In this document: one piece after another, positions 46,217-54,978 of the stretch
How positions within the stretch are numbered: the stretch's first letter is position 1
Layout: each line of letters begins with the position of its first letter
Source of the DNA: Rhodospirillaceae bacterium
GTDB lineage: Bacteria > Pseudomonadota > Alphaproteobacteria > MPNO01 > UBA2964
Length of the DNA: 64,000 nucleotides
NCBI GenBank assembly: GCA_038146885.1
Contig: JAYQSM010000005.1
Coordinates: 171,949 to 235,948, forward strand
Reading direction: 5' to 3'
The notes under the pieces: generated by a model
Seen by the model: the letters and a program-made list of their open reading frames with translations, nothing else
What the model was told of the DNA's origin: nothing
Database searches by the model: none
Program-made: the position numbers and the translations under genes

Positions 46217-47029
46217 TTAACTTGCAGACGCATCCTGAGTTGCGGAGGCATCAGCCGCCGCTTCTGCTGCATCCTGGGCCGCAACCGCTGCTTCTGCTGT
46301 GGCTTCTGGCGTTGCCACTGTTGCAACTGATTCGGCCACCGCCGCTGCCGCTTCCGGGGCCGCCTGAGCCACACTCGCCGCCACCGCCGCTGCCGCTTCC
46401 GGGGCCGCTTGAGCCACACTCGCCGCCACCGCCGCTGCCGCTTCCGGGGCCGCTTGAGCCACACTCGCCGCCACCGCCGCTGCCGCTTCCGGGGCTGCCT
46501 GAGCCACACTCGCCGCTACCGCTGCTGCTGCCGCCGGTGCAACCTGAGCCACACTCGCCGCTACCGCTGCTGCTGCCGCCGGTGCAACCTGAGCCACACT
46601 CGCCGCTACCGCTGCTGCTGCTGCCGGTGCAACCTGAGCCACACTCGCCGCTACCGCCGCGGCCGCTGCTGGGGCCGCTTGAGCCACACTCGCCGCTACC
46701 GCTGCCGCCGCTGCTGGGGCTGCCTGAGCCACACTCGCCGCTACCGCCGCCGCCGCCGCTGGGGCCGCCTGAGCCACACTCGCCGCTACCGCCGCCGCCG
46801 CCGCTGGAGAGGCAGCCGCCGCCGCCGCCGCTATTGATGCGGCAGCCGCTGGATTAGCTGCAGCCAGCTGAGCCGCTAGCGCCGCCAAAGCTTGCGGATT
46901 TCCCGCTGCCGCGGCCAACTGGGCCTGAATGGCCGCACTCACCGGAGGGACGGTCTGAGCAATCGATGGTCCAGCCATAAACAGACCGACCGCCGTAAGG
47001 GCAACTAACGAAGCTTTGCGAAATTTCAT
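46217..47029 (-). CDS. Secreted alanine-rich tandem-repeat protein (about 60% Ala; eleven 15-aa repeats AAP[A/E]AAAAVAASVAQ)
   Basis: A 270-aa ORF with an AAAGGA ribosome-binding site 8 nt upstream of the ATG and a signal peptide MKFRKASLVALTAVGLFMAGPSIAQT. It lies 30 bp upstream of the OMP gene on the same strand. The opposite-strand ORFs in this span are low-complexity artefacts. Confidence 0.6.
   Translation of the reverse strand: MKFRKASLVALTAVGLFMAGPSIAQTVPPVSAAIQAQLAAAAGNPQALAALAAQLAAANPAAAASIAAAAAAASPAAAAAVAASVAQAAPAAAAAVAASVAQAAPAAAAAVAASVAQAAPAAAAAVAASVAQVAPAAAAAVAASVAQVAPAAAAAVAASVAQVAPAAAAAVAASVAQAAPEAAAAVAASVAQAAPEAAAAVAASVAQAAPEAAAAVAASVAQAAPEAAAAVAESVATVATPEATAEAAVAAQDAAEAAADASATQDASAS
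46320..46815. repeat. Tandem array of eleven 45-bp repeats (unit about tgagccacactcgccgccaccgccgctgccgcttccggggccgct), GC-rich, inside the Ala-rich gene
   Basis: The anchor tgagccacactcgccgc recurs at exactly 45-bp spacing from 46365 to 46770, read directly from the sequence. Confidence 0.9.
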
Positions 47030-47282
47030 CTCAATGTCCTTTCAGTAACACAGGCATACATTCGCCCAAATTATTCCGAGCAAACACCTACTCTGATCGG
47101 ACTTTAAGCTCATTGCTCTCATGTGTCAACAAGCCATCAAAGGAGAATAGATACAATCTTTTGCATTTAATTTCGGCCAGTTAGACATCTGAATAAACTT
47201 TAAAATACAGTTGCAGGCCTCTTGATTCGAATTTGGTCCGCAGGGGCACAATGGAGCATTTAGTCCCAACCCGAAAACCTTT

Positions 47283-48308
47283 CTATATCTTCAACCGGCT
47301 AAAAACCCTCAAGGTATTTTCACTAAATACTTGGGTTTTTTGTTTCGGCGATAAGTTGGGAGTGCCGTCGATATATCTCTTGGTGTCATCATAGTTGAAA
47401 CCAGTGGTTGGATCCACACCTCTTACAGCACCCACCATTTCTGACGCAAACAAGATATTTTCGGTCGGAATCACTTTGGTCATGCAATCGATGCCGGCCT
47501 GGTGATAGACACACGTATCAAAAAAGACATTTTGCAGGAGGTGCTCATCTAAAGTCGGTTTTCCCATATCCTGGGCTAACCCGCGATAGCGGCCCCAATG
47601 AAAAGGGACCGCACCACCTCCATGTGGGATGATAAATTTCAAAGTCGGGAAGTCTTTGAAGAGGTCCCCAAGAATGAGCTGCATAAAAACCGTCGTATCA
47701 CCCGCGATATAGTGAGCACCCGTGTGATGAAAATTTGGATTGCACGAACCAGACACATGAAGCATGCCTGGTACATCCAGCTCGCACATTTTCTCCCAAA
47801 GGGGGTACCACCACTTGTCGGTTATCGGCGGATCGGTCCACATAGCCCCGGAAGGATCAGGATTCACATTACACCCTATGAAACCCATTTCATTTACACA
47901 GCGCTCCAGCTCTGGAATGCTCTTTCTGGGTTCCACACCAGGATATTGAGGTAATTGGCAAACGGGCACGAACCGCTCAGGATAGAGATCGCACACCCGA
48001 CGAATCATATTGTTACAGATTTCGGCCCAGTAATAACTGGTCTGCTCTGTCCCCAAATGGTGCCCCATTCCAACGGCCCGCGGGGAAAAAATCGTCATAT
48101 CCGTCCCGCGCTCCATCTGAAGTTTGATCTGATTCGGTTCGAGTCGTTCTCGTATCTCGTCATCCGAGATATTCAAATCGGCCCTGGTCGGAAGAAATGA
48201 TGGGTCGGCCTCAAGCGCCTCCAATTGCTGCTTACGGTAAGAGGTTAGAGCATCAGGTTCTGTTGTGTAGTGGCCATGACAATCAATAATCATTTCGGTC
48301 TTCTCCAA
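47283..48308 (-). CDS. Amidohydrolase_2 family enzyme (LigJ 4-oxalomesaconate hydratase, LigW or ACMSD-like hydratase/decarboxylase)
   Basis: A 341-aa protein with the IDCHGHY metal-binding start and ..HGGGAVPFHWGR.. typical of the ACMSD/LigJ family. Confidence 0.7.
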   Translation of the reverse strand: MEKTEMIIDCHGHYTTEPDALTSYRKQQLEALEADPSFLPTRADLNISDDEIRERLEPNQIKLQMERGTDMTIFSPRAVGMGHHLGTEQTSYYWAEICNNMIRRVCDLYPERFVPVCQLPQYPGVEPRKSIPELERCVNEMGFIGCNVNPDPSGAMWTDPPITDKWWYPLWEKMCELDVPGMLHVSGSCNPNFHHTGAHYIAGDTTVFMQLILGDLFKDFPTLKFIIPHGGGAVPFHWGRYRGLAQDMGKPTLDEHLLQNVFFDTCVYHQAGIDCMTKVIPTENILFASEMVGAVRGVDPTTGFNYDDTKRYIDGTPNLSPKQKTQVFSENTLRVFSRLKI

Positions 48309-48389
48309 TCCGCAGATTTTTTCCGGTTCAGCTCAGCGCACCCCTAATTTGGGGGGGCAAATTAAAATTCAGCAGTCCTTTCGAACGTT

Positions 48390-49301
48390 CTAATAGGAGG
48401 GTTCATTGTTGGACGGGCGTTTTTCATCGCCTGCATTTTTCCTTCCAGACAGCTGGAGGCCCTTTTCTAAACCGGCAAGAGATCTCCCAGCCGCACACAT
48501 CAAAAAGGTATACCCTTCCGCCAACACTCGCTCGGCGTTACTTGCATCGACATGGGGATGGCCCACCGCTACGCGATTGGCCTTGCAGGTATCGACGATC
48601 TGCTTCATCGCATCTAACACCACAGGATGTTCGTATTGTCTTGGATATCCAAGTTCTTGGCTGAGGTCACCCTCACCTATGAGCACTGCACCGACGCCCG
48701 GCACGTTCTTTAAGATGTCATCTAAAGCTGCGATCCCTTTGGTATCTTCAATCATCAGGATTACGAAAATCTCGCCGTCGGGAACCAGAGGCCAAACATC
48801 GGCTTTCTTATAATAGTCTTGTTGCGACAAACCCCAATACCGGACGGCCTGGGTCGGACCGTCCCCCCTTATGCCCGCCGGTTCATAAAGCGGTTTATCA
48901 GAAAGGCGGGGATAGCGACACGCAGCCACAGCGTTATAAGCTTCCTCGACAGAGCTGATATGCGGCCACACCACCCCATAAACCCCGAGATCCAATGCTT
49001 GCTTCGCTTGCCATTGTGCCATCTCATTCCCGTTCGGAGGAACACGGACCATCGGTGTAACAATTGGCGCTATGGAAGCCGCCTTTGCAATCTGGCCGCG
49101 GTTAAGCATGTATTGGAGGCAATCCCGCAATACAGGACCGTCCCAGGGATTATGCTCCATTTCAAAAACAATCCCGTCGTAATCAGTATTTGCACTGAAG
49201 GCGACAGCGCTTGGAACATCTGGCGTGGCAAATGCCGTAAACGCTGGCTGTCCAGCCTCCAACGCTTTGATAACACCATTAAGGCGGGGGATATCAGCCA
49301 T
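48390..49301 (-). CDS. HpcH/HpaI-family 2-keto-3-deoxy/4-hydroxy-2-oxo acid aldolase
   Basis: A 303-aa protein with ..DGIVFEMEHNPWD.. and ..IMIEDTKGIAALDDIL..GVGAVLIGEGDLSQELG, typical of HpcH/HpaI aldolases. Confidence 0.7.
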   Translation of the reverse strand: MADIPRLNGVIKALEAGQPAFTAFATPDVPSAVAFSANTDYDGIVFEMEHNPWDGPVLRDCLQYMLNRGQIAKAASIAPIVTPMVRVPPNGNEMAQWQAKQALDLGVYGVVWPHISSVEEAYNAVAACRYPRLSDKPLYEPAGIRGDGPTQAVRYWGLSQQDYYKKADVWPLVPDGEIFVILMIEDTKGIAALDDILKNVPGVGAVLIGEGDLSQELGYPRQYEHPVVLDAMKQIVDTCKANRVAVGHPHVDASNAERVLAEGYTFLMCAAGRSLAGLEKGLQLSGRKNAGDEKRPSNNEPSY

Positions 49302-49318
49302 CTGCTTTTCCTCTCAAT

Positions 49319-50190
49319 TTAATTGTCAAATCCGTAGAGATTTCCGGGGTTCGTCACAAGGATCTTCTCTAACACATCCTCATCACTTGTATACAGAGGC
49401 AACAAATCCATCAGATCGCCATCATTGGGCATCAGCCCTTGGATATTTGGATGCGGCCAGTCTGTCCCCCACAAGACGCGGTCTGGAGCGACGCCAATAA
49501 GAGCCTGCGCAAAGGGTACCGCATCATGATATGGAAAGCCATGCGAAGAAATCCTCTCCGCACCACAAATTTTGACCCAGAAATCATCTCGCTCTCGCAA
49601 CAAGCCCAGCAAAAGCTGAAAGGCGTCCTGGCCAATCCCATTTTTGGTCTGAACACGTCCCATATGATCGATAACGACGGGCACAGGGAGAGATTTGAGA
49701 GTATCCGCATTTTCAACAATGTCGGCAGCCTCCATATAAAGAACAAGGTGCCATCCCAGGGGGGCAATCTTTTCGACAACCTTTTGAACCAGCGAAAAAT
49801 CAGGTGCATTACCGATATGCCGGGCAAATGAGAACCGCACGCCTCTTATCCCGCCTTGATCCATGTTCCGGAACTGATCTTCGGTAAAGGTTTCATCGAC
49901 AATCGCGACACCCCTGTATCTGCCCCCAGAGCGCTCAATCGCATCAAGCGTCACAGTGTTATCCGTACCATGGCATGTTGCTTGAACGATCACCGCGCGG
50001 CTTAAGCCAAGAGTGTTTTGAAGATCCTGGAAGGCCTCAAAAGGCGAATCGGGCGGCGTATAGGTCCGACCTTCAGCAAATGGAAATTTTGCCGCAGGAC
50101 CGAATATATGGCAGTGGGCGTCACACGCATTTGGTGGCGCGATAAAATTTGGCTTCTTGGTGCTTGGGTCGGGGCCCTGACAAAAATTCA
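49319..50190 (-). CDS. Amidohydrolase_2 lactonase, LigI-like (2-pyrone-4,6-dicarboxylate hydrolase or sugar-lactonase family)
   Basis: It has CDAHCHIFGP...YTPPD...VIVQATCHGTDN...GVRFSF, which resembles LigI. The listed ORF extends to 50338, but the likely start is the Met of MNFCQGPDP near 50190, which avoids overlap with the divergent ligase gene. Confidence 0.6.
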
Positions 50191-50311
50191 TAGCCGGTAA
50201 ATTACAGAGCCATGGACCACCTCGCAAGGAGAGGACATAATTTAGCAAGTTATATATTTTGCGTGATGAATAATTAACCCTACCCCGGAGAGGACCAGAA
50301 TTAGTTACACC

Positions 50312-51796
50312 ATGTCCGCAAGTTTTACAGAAAAGCACAACCTTCTTGGCGAAAAGACCAGGTCAGAGATAGAGCGCTTAAAAGAAAACTTAAAAGCCAC
50401 CGACATTAAAATGGTCAGGATGGTTTGGTCAGACAGTCATGGCCAGGCGCGGGCTAAGCTTCTACCACTAAAAGTGTTTCTCGACTCGTTTGCGGATGGG
50501 TACAACACAAACGTCGCTACTTTCACGCTCGACTCAAGTGGGGGAAGAGTTTTCCGATCCTTTATTCAAGGGGGCGGCATGGATCTTGATGAAATGACAG
50601 GATCCCCAAATCTCGTACTCATACCGGATCCAAGCACATTTCGGATTCTCCCCTGGGCTGGCGGCGTCGGCTGGGTAATGTGTGATGAATATTTCACGGA
50701 TGGAAAGCCCTTTTATTTTTCATCCCGAAGGAGGTTAAGGGAACAAACAGAAAATCTCGCAGGGCGGGGAGCGTCTCTGACTGTTGGCCTCGAGATCGAG
50801 TGGTATTTGCGGCGTGTCGAGACGCTTTACACGACAGAAAACACCGGTGTTCCTGGCCAGCGCGGAAAAGCAATCGACACCCTACCGGTCGAACCCGGCT
50901 ATTCCTATCACTCGGAAACAAATTTGGACCTGATACAACCCCTGCTCAACGAGCTTTACGATGCATATCAGCTCTTGAAAATTCCTCTTCGGTCGATCGA
51001 GAACGAATATGGCCCCGGGCAGGTTGAGTGCACCTTCTCCCCGACCTCTGCCCTCACAGCCGCAGATAACTATCTACTGTTTAGGACGGCCACTAGACAA
51101 ATCTGTCGCCGCCACGGTTATTTCGCGACCTTTATGTGTAAACCCCATTTTGACGGGTACTATCCTAGTGGCTGGCATCTTCATCAGTCCCTAACAGATT
51201 TAAAAACGGGGGAAAATCTTTGTACTCCTGATCATTCCGATGATGTGTTCTCACAGTTCGGTCGCCGCTATCTAGCCGGCCTCCTGGAACATGCCCCTGA
51301 AGCAACGGTATTTGCAACGCCAACTGTCAACGGATATCAGCGCTTCAAACCAAACTCTCTGGCTCCCGACAGAGCCACCTGGAGCTACGATCATCGAGGG
51401 GCGATGCTGCGCGTTATTGGAGGACCAGGTGACCAAGGCACGCGGGTCGAAAATCGTATCGGAGAACCCGCGGCCAACCCCTATCTATTTATCGCGTCCC
51501 AGATTGTTTGTGGTATGGCGGGTATTGAAAATCATTCCGACCTTTGGGATGCCGATCCCGAACCGTATGAAGCCGATCGGCCAAAACTTCCAGGGACCTT
51601 AAGCGCGGCTTTAGGTGCACTTGATTCAAGTGCCCTTTTTCGTAAAAAATTTGGAGATGTTTTCATCGACTATTATCTCGCGCTGAAAAGGGCTGAACTG
51701 AGCCGATACGAAGCCTACATTGCAGATCATGCCCGAGATGATGCAGGAAATGGAGTTTCAGGTTGGGAGCGAGACGAGTATTTCGATTTTTTTTGA
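50312..51796 (+). CDS. Glutamine synthetase-like gamma-glutamyl ligase (PuuA/AtdA1/TdnQ-type GS family protein)
   Basis: A 494-aa protein with a GS beta-grasp N-domain and the catalytic domain motifs (..NEYGPGQVE.., ..HLHQSL.., R-x-E-x-R region ..TRVENRIGEPAANPY). Confidence 0.75.
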   Translation: MSASFTEKHNLLGEKTRSEIERLKENLKATDIKMVRMVWSDSHGQARAKLLPLKVFLDSFADGYNTNVATFTLDSSGGRVFRSFIQGGGMDLDEMTGSPNLVLIPDPSTFRILPWAGGVGWVMCDEYFTDGKPFYFSSRRRLREQTENLAGRGASLTVGLEIEWYLRRVETLYTTENTGVPGQRGKAIDTLPVEPGYSYHSETNLDLIQPLLNELYDAYQLLKIPLRSIENEYGPGQVECTFSPTSALTAADNYLLFRTATRQICRRHGYFATFMCKPHFDGYYPSGWHLHQSLTDLKTGENLCTPDHSDDVFSQFGRRYLAGLLEHAPEATVFATPTVNGYQRFKPNSLAPDRATWSYDHRGAMLRVIGGPGDQGTRVENRIGEPAANPYLFIASQIVCGMAGIENHSDLWDADPEPYEADRPKLPGTLSAALGALDSSALFRKKFGDVFIDYYLALKRAELSRYEAYIADHARDDAGNGVSGWERDEYFDFF

Positions 51797-51828
51797 TGCG
51801 CGCCGAAAATTTGAGGCTGGGAGTTTAA

Positions 51829-53197
51829 ATGGCTAGTGAAGGGTTTACCAAAACGGCAATCGGACACGATTGGGACGAACTGGTTCAGGAAGAAAAAGTT
51901 CATCGGCTGATATATACCGACGAGACCATTTTTAAAGAGGAAATGCGAAAGATTTGGGGAGGCGTTTGGGTTTTTCTCGGACATGAAAGCCAAATCCCCT
52001 GAGAACAATGACTTTATTCAGGCTAAGCTCGGCCTTCGACCTATTATCTTAACGCGGGATACCAACGGAAAAATTCGGGCATTATTCAATCGCTGTACAC
52101 ATCGCGGCTCAACAGTTTGCAGGGAACATCGTGGAAATTCGAAATCGTTCGCCTGTCCCTATCATGGCTGGAGTTTCTTCAACAACGGGAAGCTCTCAGG
52201 GGTCCCTTGGCCTGAAGGTTACGCCGAAGATTTCTCGGATGAAAAATACAACTTGGCTCAGGTTCCAAGGGTTGCATCCTATAGGGGGTTCATATTTGGA
52301 ACCCTCAATATGGATGCCCCATCTTTAGAAAACTACCTCGGAGGCGTGAGAGACCCTCTAGATGATTGGTTAGATCGGCACCCTGGTGGCACCGTCGTCT
52401 TTTGTGACGCCAACAGATTGAAATTTAATGGCAACTGGAAACTTCTTTATGATAATAGCTGTGATGGCTATCACGTGATCTTTTCCCATCGGTCCCTTTT
52501 GGCCATGGAAAACAGACAGAAAGCAGGAGCCAACGCCGAAAAGGGTATGGCTTTTTACAAGAGTAGCCCTGATACCGGTCCAATGTTCTTAAAATATTTC
52601 GGAAACGGACATCATTTTAAAGATAAAAGACCGGCTCTTGAGAAACGACCCGGTGCTCTTTGGGATATTGAGGGCCCCCACCCCGGAATGGAACATTATG
52701 AGGAGAAACTCAAAGCTACGCTGGGGGAGCGGGCCGATGCAGTTCTCGATCTCGCCTCCTCAGAACCCGTAAACATTAATATATTTCCGAATCTCCACAT
52801 ACTCGGCAATCACGTGCAGGTGAGCCAGCCCATCTCATTGACGGAAACGGATACGACCTGGTGGGGCACGGCGGTAGTGGACAAAGACAATGAATTATTT
52901 GGCGCGGTAGACGATATTAATGCGCTTCGGATGAGAACCCAGGAGAGCTTCCCTAACTTCGGCGAACTCGACGATCTTATGAACTTTGAGCAAATTCAAG
53001 TTGGCTTATCGGCCGAGGAAGATCCCTGGGTTTATATGCATCGCGGATTGGGCGTTGAAGGGCGTATAAGACGTGATGAAAACGGTTTTATTGTCGCGCC
53101 GTCAACGGACGAGGTCTTTCTTCGGGAAACGATGAAAGAATATAAAAGGCTTATGAAATCTGAACCCGAATTAACAATCTCTCGCGCGGCACCTTAG
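51829..53197 (+). CDS. Rieske non-haem iron ring-hydroxylating oxygenase alpha subunit. A +1 frameshift in a CCCC run at about 51990 separates the first 53 codons from the main ORF 51983..53197.
   Basis: The N-terminal frame gives MASEGF...IWGGVWVFLGHESQIP, typical of the alpha N-terminus. The main ORF has the Rieske motif CTHRG...CPYHGW and the mononuclear iron region (..GYHVIFSHRS..). Confidence 0.7.
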
Positions 53198-53398
53198 GGG
53201 ATCCATGCGGTGGATTCTACATCTGATGAGCAAACCCGCTTGAGGCAAAAATTTTAAAAGCCAATAAAACAGGTTGGACATCCGGAAACTATTTTCCGGC
53301 AATCGATGAGGCATAGTTTGGGACCATTGACCGGCAAAAGAATACGTGGTGGCGACACATTATGGCAGAAGGAAGACAACCCAGTTTGAGGGATAGAA

Positions 53399-53983
53399 AT
53401 GACTAAGCATGATCCATCTCAGACTTCCTATTATATCACAGATAGCTGGTATGAGGGGTTAGTCGAGTCGTATTCAAGTTGGCAGACCGATGACAAAGAA
53501 ATCACCGATCGAGACTCCCGAGAAACGGTTCGGCGGCTCCTCGAAAAAGAGGCCAGACTTTTAGACGAGAACAGATTGGATGATTGGCTTAAGCTCTATG
53601 CCCCTGAGTGCGCCTATTGGGTACCTGCAACGGTCAACGGGGGTGACCCAAGGAAGGAAATAGCAATTTGTTTTGATGATCGCCGAAGGCTGGAGGATCG
53701 CCTCTTCCGATTGCAAAATGACTTTGCTTGGTCACAACGCCCGACTTCAAGAACAGCACGTCTTCTCTCCGGTATAACCGTATATGGAACTGGAGCAGAT
53801 AAGGTGATCATGGTCCGCTCGAGTTTTTACACGAGTGAATTTCACAATGGAGATTGGCGCAAATATACGGGCTGGTATGGGCACAGGCTCCGCCTCATTT
53901 CTGGGGAATGGCGGATCGAGGTGAAACAAGTGAACCTATTGGATTGTGACCAAAATCTCAGAAACCTCAGTGTGATCCTGTGA
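53399..53983 (+). CDS. Ring-hydroxylating dioxygenase beta subunit (NTF2-like fold)
   Basis: A 194-aa protein with ..LLDENRLDDWLKLYAPECAYWVP..RLEDRLFRL.. typical of beta subunits. It lies directly downstream of the alpha subunit. Confidence 0.7.
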   Translation: MTKHDPSQTSYYITDSWYEGLVESYSSWQTDDKEITDRDSRETVRRLLEKEARLLDENRLDDWLKLYAPECAYWVPATVNGGDPRKEIAICFDDRRRLEDRLFRLQNDFAWSQRPTSRTARLLSGITVYGTGADKVIMVRSSFYTSEFHNGDWRKYTGWYGHRLRLISGEWRIEVKQVNLLDCDQNLRNLSVIL

Positions 53984-54120
53984 ATAACCTAGCCCTGAGC
54001 AGAAAAGAAGGACCCCAAAAATTCAGGCTCTCTCAGTCATCACCTTAATCTTTACAGAAACCCGCTTCGCGCAGCACAATAGATTCGGAACGAGGCCAGT
54101 AAAATAGGGAGGCTTATATT

Positions 54121-54879
54121 ATGAACGCAACCAAGCCCATTGATATTGTCGAAGAAGCCGAGCGTGAAGAAGCACGGAAAATGATTGAGCTCGGCGAAAT
54201 GATGGTCTACCGCTCAAACATTAATAAATTAGCCGATGGAGAATACACACCGGGGTCTAGTTTCACCATGGGTTCTCTAAAGCCCAGCCTCATGGGAGAG
54301 GATCCACGCCTCCCCCAAATGCCGGATCGCCCCACTCTGATCGATTTCTTTAACCTTCGTTTTGGGCCATCCAAAATGCACCTTCTGCAAAGCGCCCGAT
54401 TGGCCCAGAAAAATGGTTTGCCAGAAAAAATAGTATTGGGTTGTCTTCTTCACGACATTTCTGTGATTTCTTTTTTTCGTCCTGATCACGGGTACTGGGG
54501 TGCCGCCATGTTGGAGCCTTACGTTGATGAGGAAGTGTCCTGGGCAATAAGAATGCACCAACCGCTCAGATTTTATCCGAATGAAGAGCTAGGATACGAA
54601 TACCCGGAAGTCTATGCAAAACGGTTCGTCGGCTATGAGCTGCCGGACTATATCAAGAGAGATGCGGAGGATGCCCGAAACCATAGGTGGTACATGTCGG
54701 CGATGCAAATCTGTCTCAATGACCTCTATTCATTTGATCCAGAGGTTGTTGTCGACATCCTAGACTTTGAGGACATCATTGGTCGTCATTTTAAACAGCC
54801 CGCGGAGGGTCTCGGAAACGACAACACACCCGCCTCCCACATCTGGCGGACGCTCAGACGGCCAGCCAACGCCCTCTAA
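54121..54879 (+). CDS. HD-domain oxygenase of the myo-inositol-oxygenase (MIOX) family, with unknown substrate
   Basis: A 252-aa protein. It shows GCLLHDISV...GYWGAAMLEPYV (compare MIOX GLLHDLGKV..QWAVVGDTFPVGC), AIRMHQPLRFYP (compare MIRFHSFYPWH) and LNDLYSFDP...IIGRHFKQP (compare FNKFDLYTK...LIDKYCP). Confidence 0.5.
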   Translation: MNATKPIDIVEEAEREEARKMIELGEMMVYRSNINKLADGEYTPGSSFTMGSLKPSLMGEDPRLPQMPDRPTLIDFFNLRFGPSKMHLLQSARLAQKNGLPEKIVLGCLLHDISVISFFRPDHGYWGAAMLEPYVDEEVSWAIRMHQPLRFYPNEELGYEYPEVYAKRFVGYELPDYIKRDAEDARNHRWYMSAMQICLNDLYSFDPEVVVDILDFEDIIGRHFKQPAEGLGNDNTPASHIWRTLRRPANAL

Positions 54880-54978
54880 AAGGGTTCTGATCCCAGCTGA
54901 TCTAAAATAAAGGTCAAAAAAGGGAAAAAAGATCAGGCCCTAACCTGGGCCGCATGGGCCCAGGTCTCTATTTGACAA

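Noticed and set aside
46210-46857. Long plus-strand ORFs across the repeat array: a 215-aa Pro-rich ORF and a 142-aa Arg/Cys-rich ORF. There is also a 101-aa Arg-rich minus-strand ORF in another frame.
   Set aside because: They are alternative-frame and antisense readings of the GC-rich 45-bp repeats. The minus-strand Ala-rich frame is the only one with a ribosome-binding site, a signal peptide and a clean start, so the others are low-complexity artefacts.
49319-50338. The full 339-aa extent of the LigI-like ORF, which overlaps the divergent GS-like gene start.
   Set aside because: The first 50 or so residues (MLFCKTCGHGV...) have no counterpart in amidohydrolase_2 proteins and overlap the neighbouring gene. 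The internal Met near 50190 is the more plausible start.
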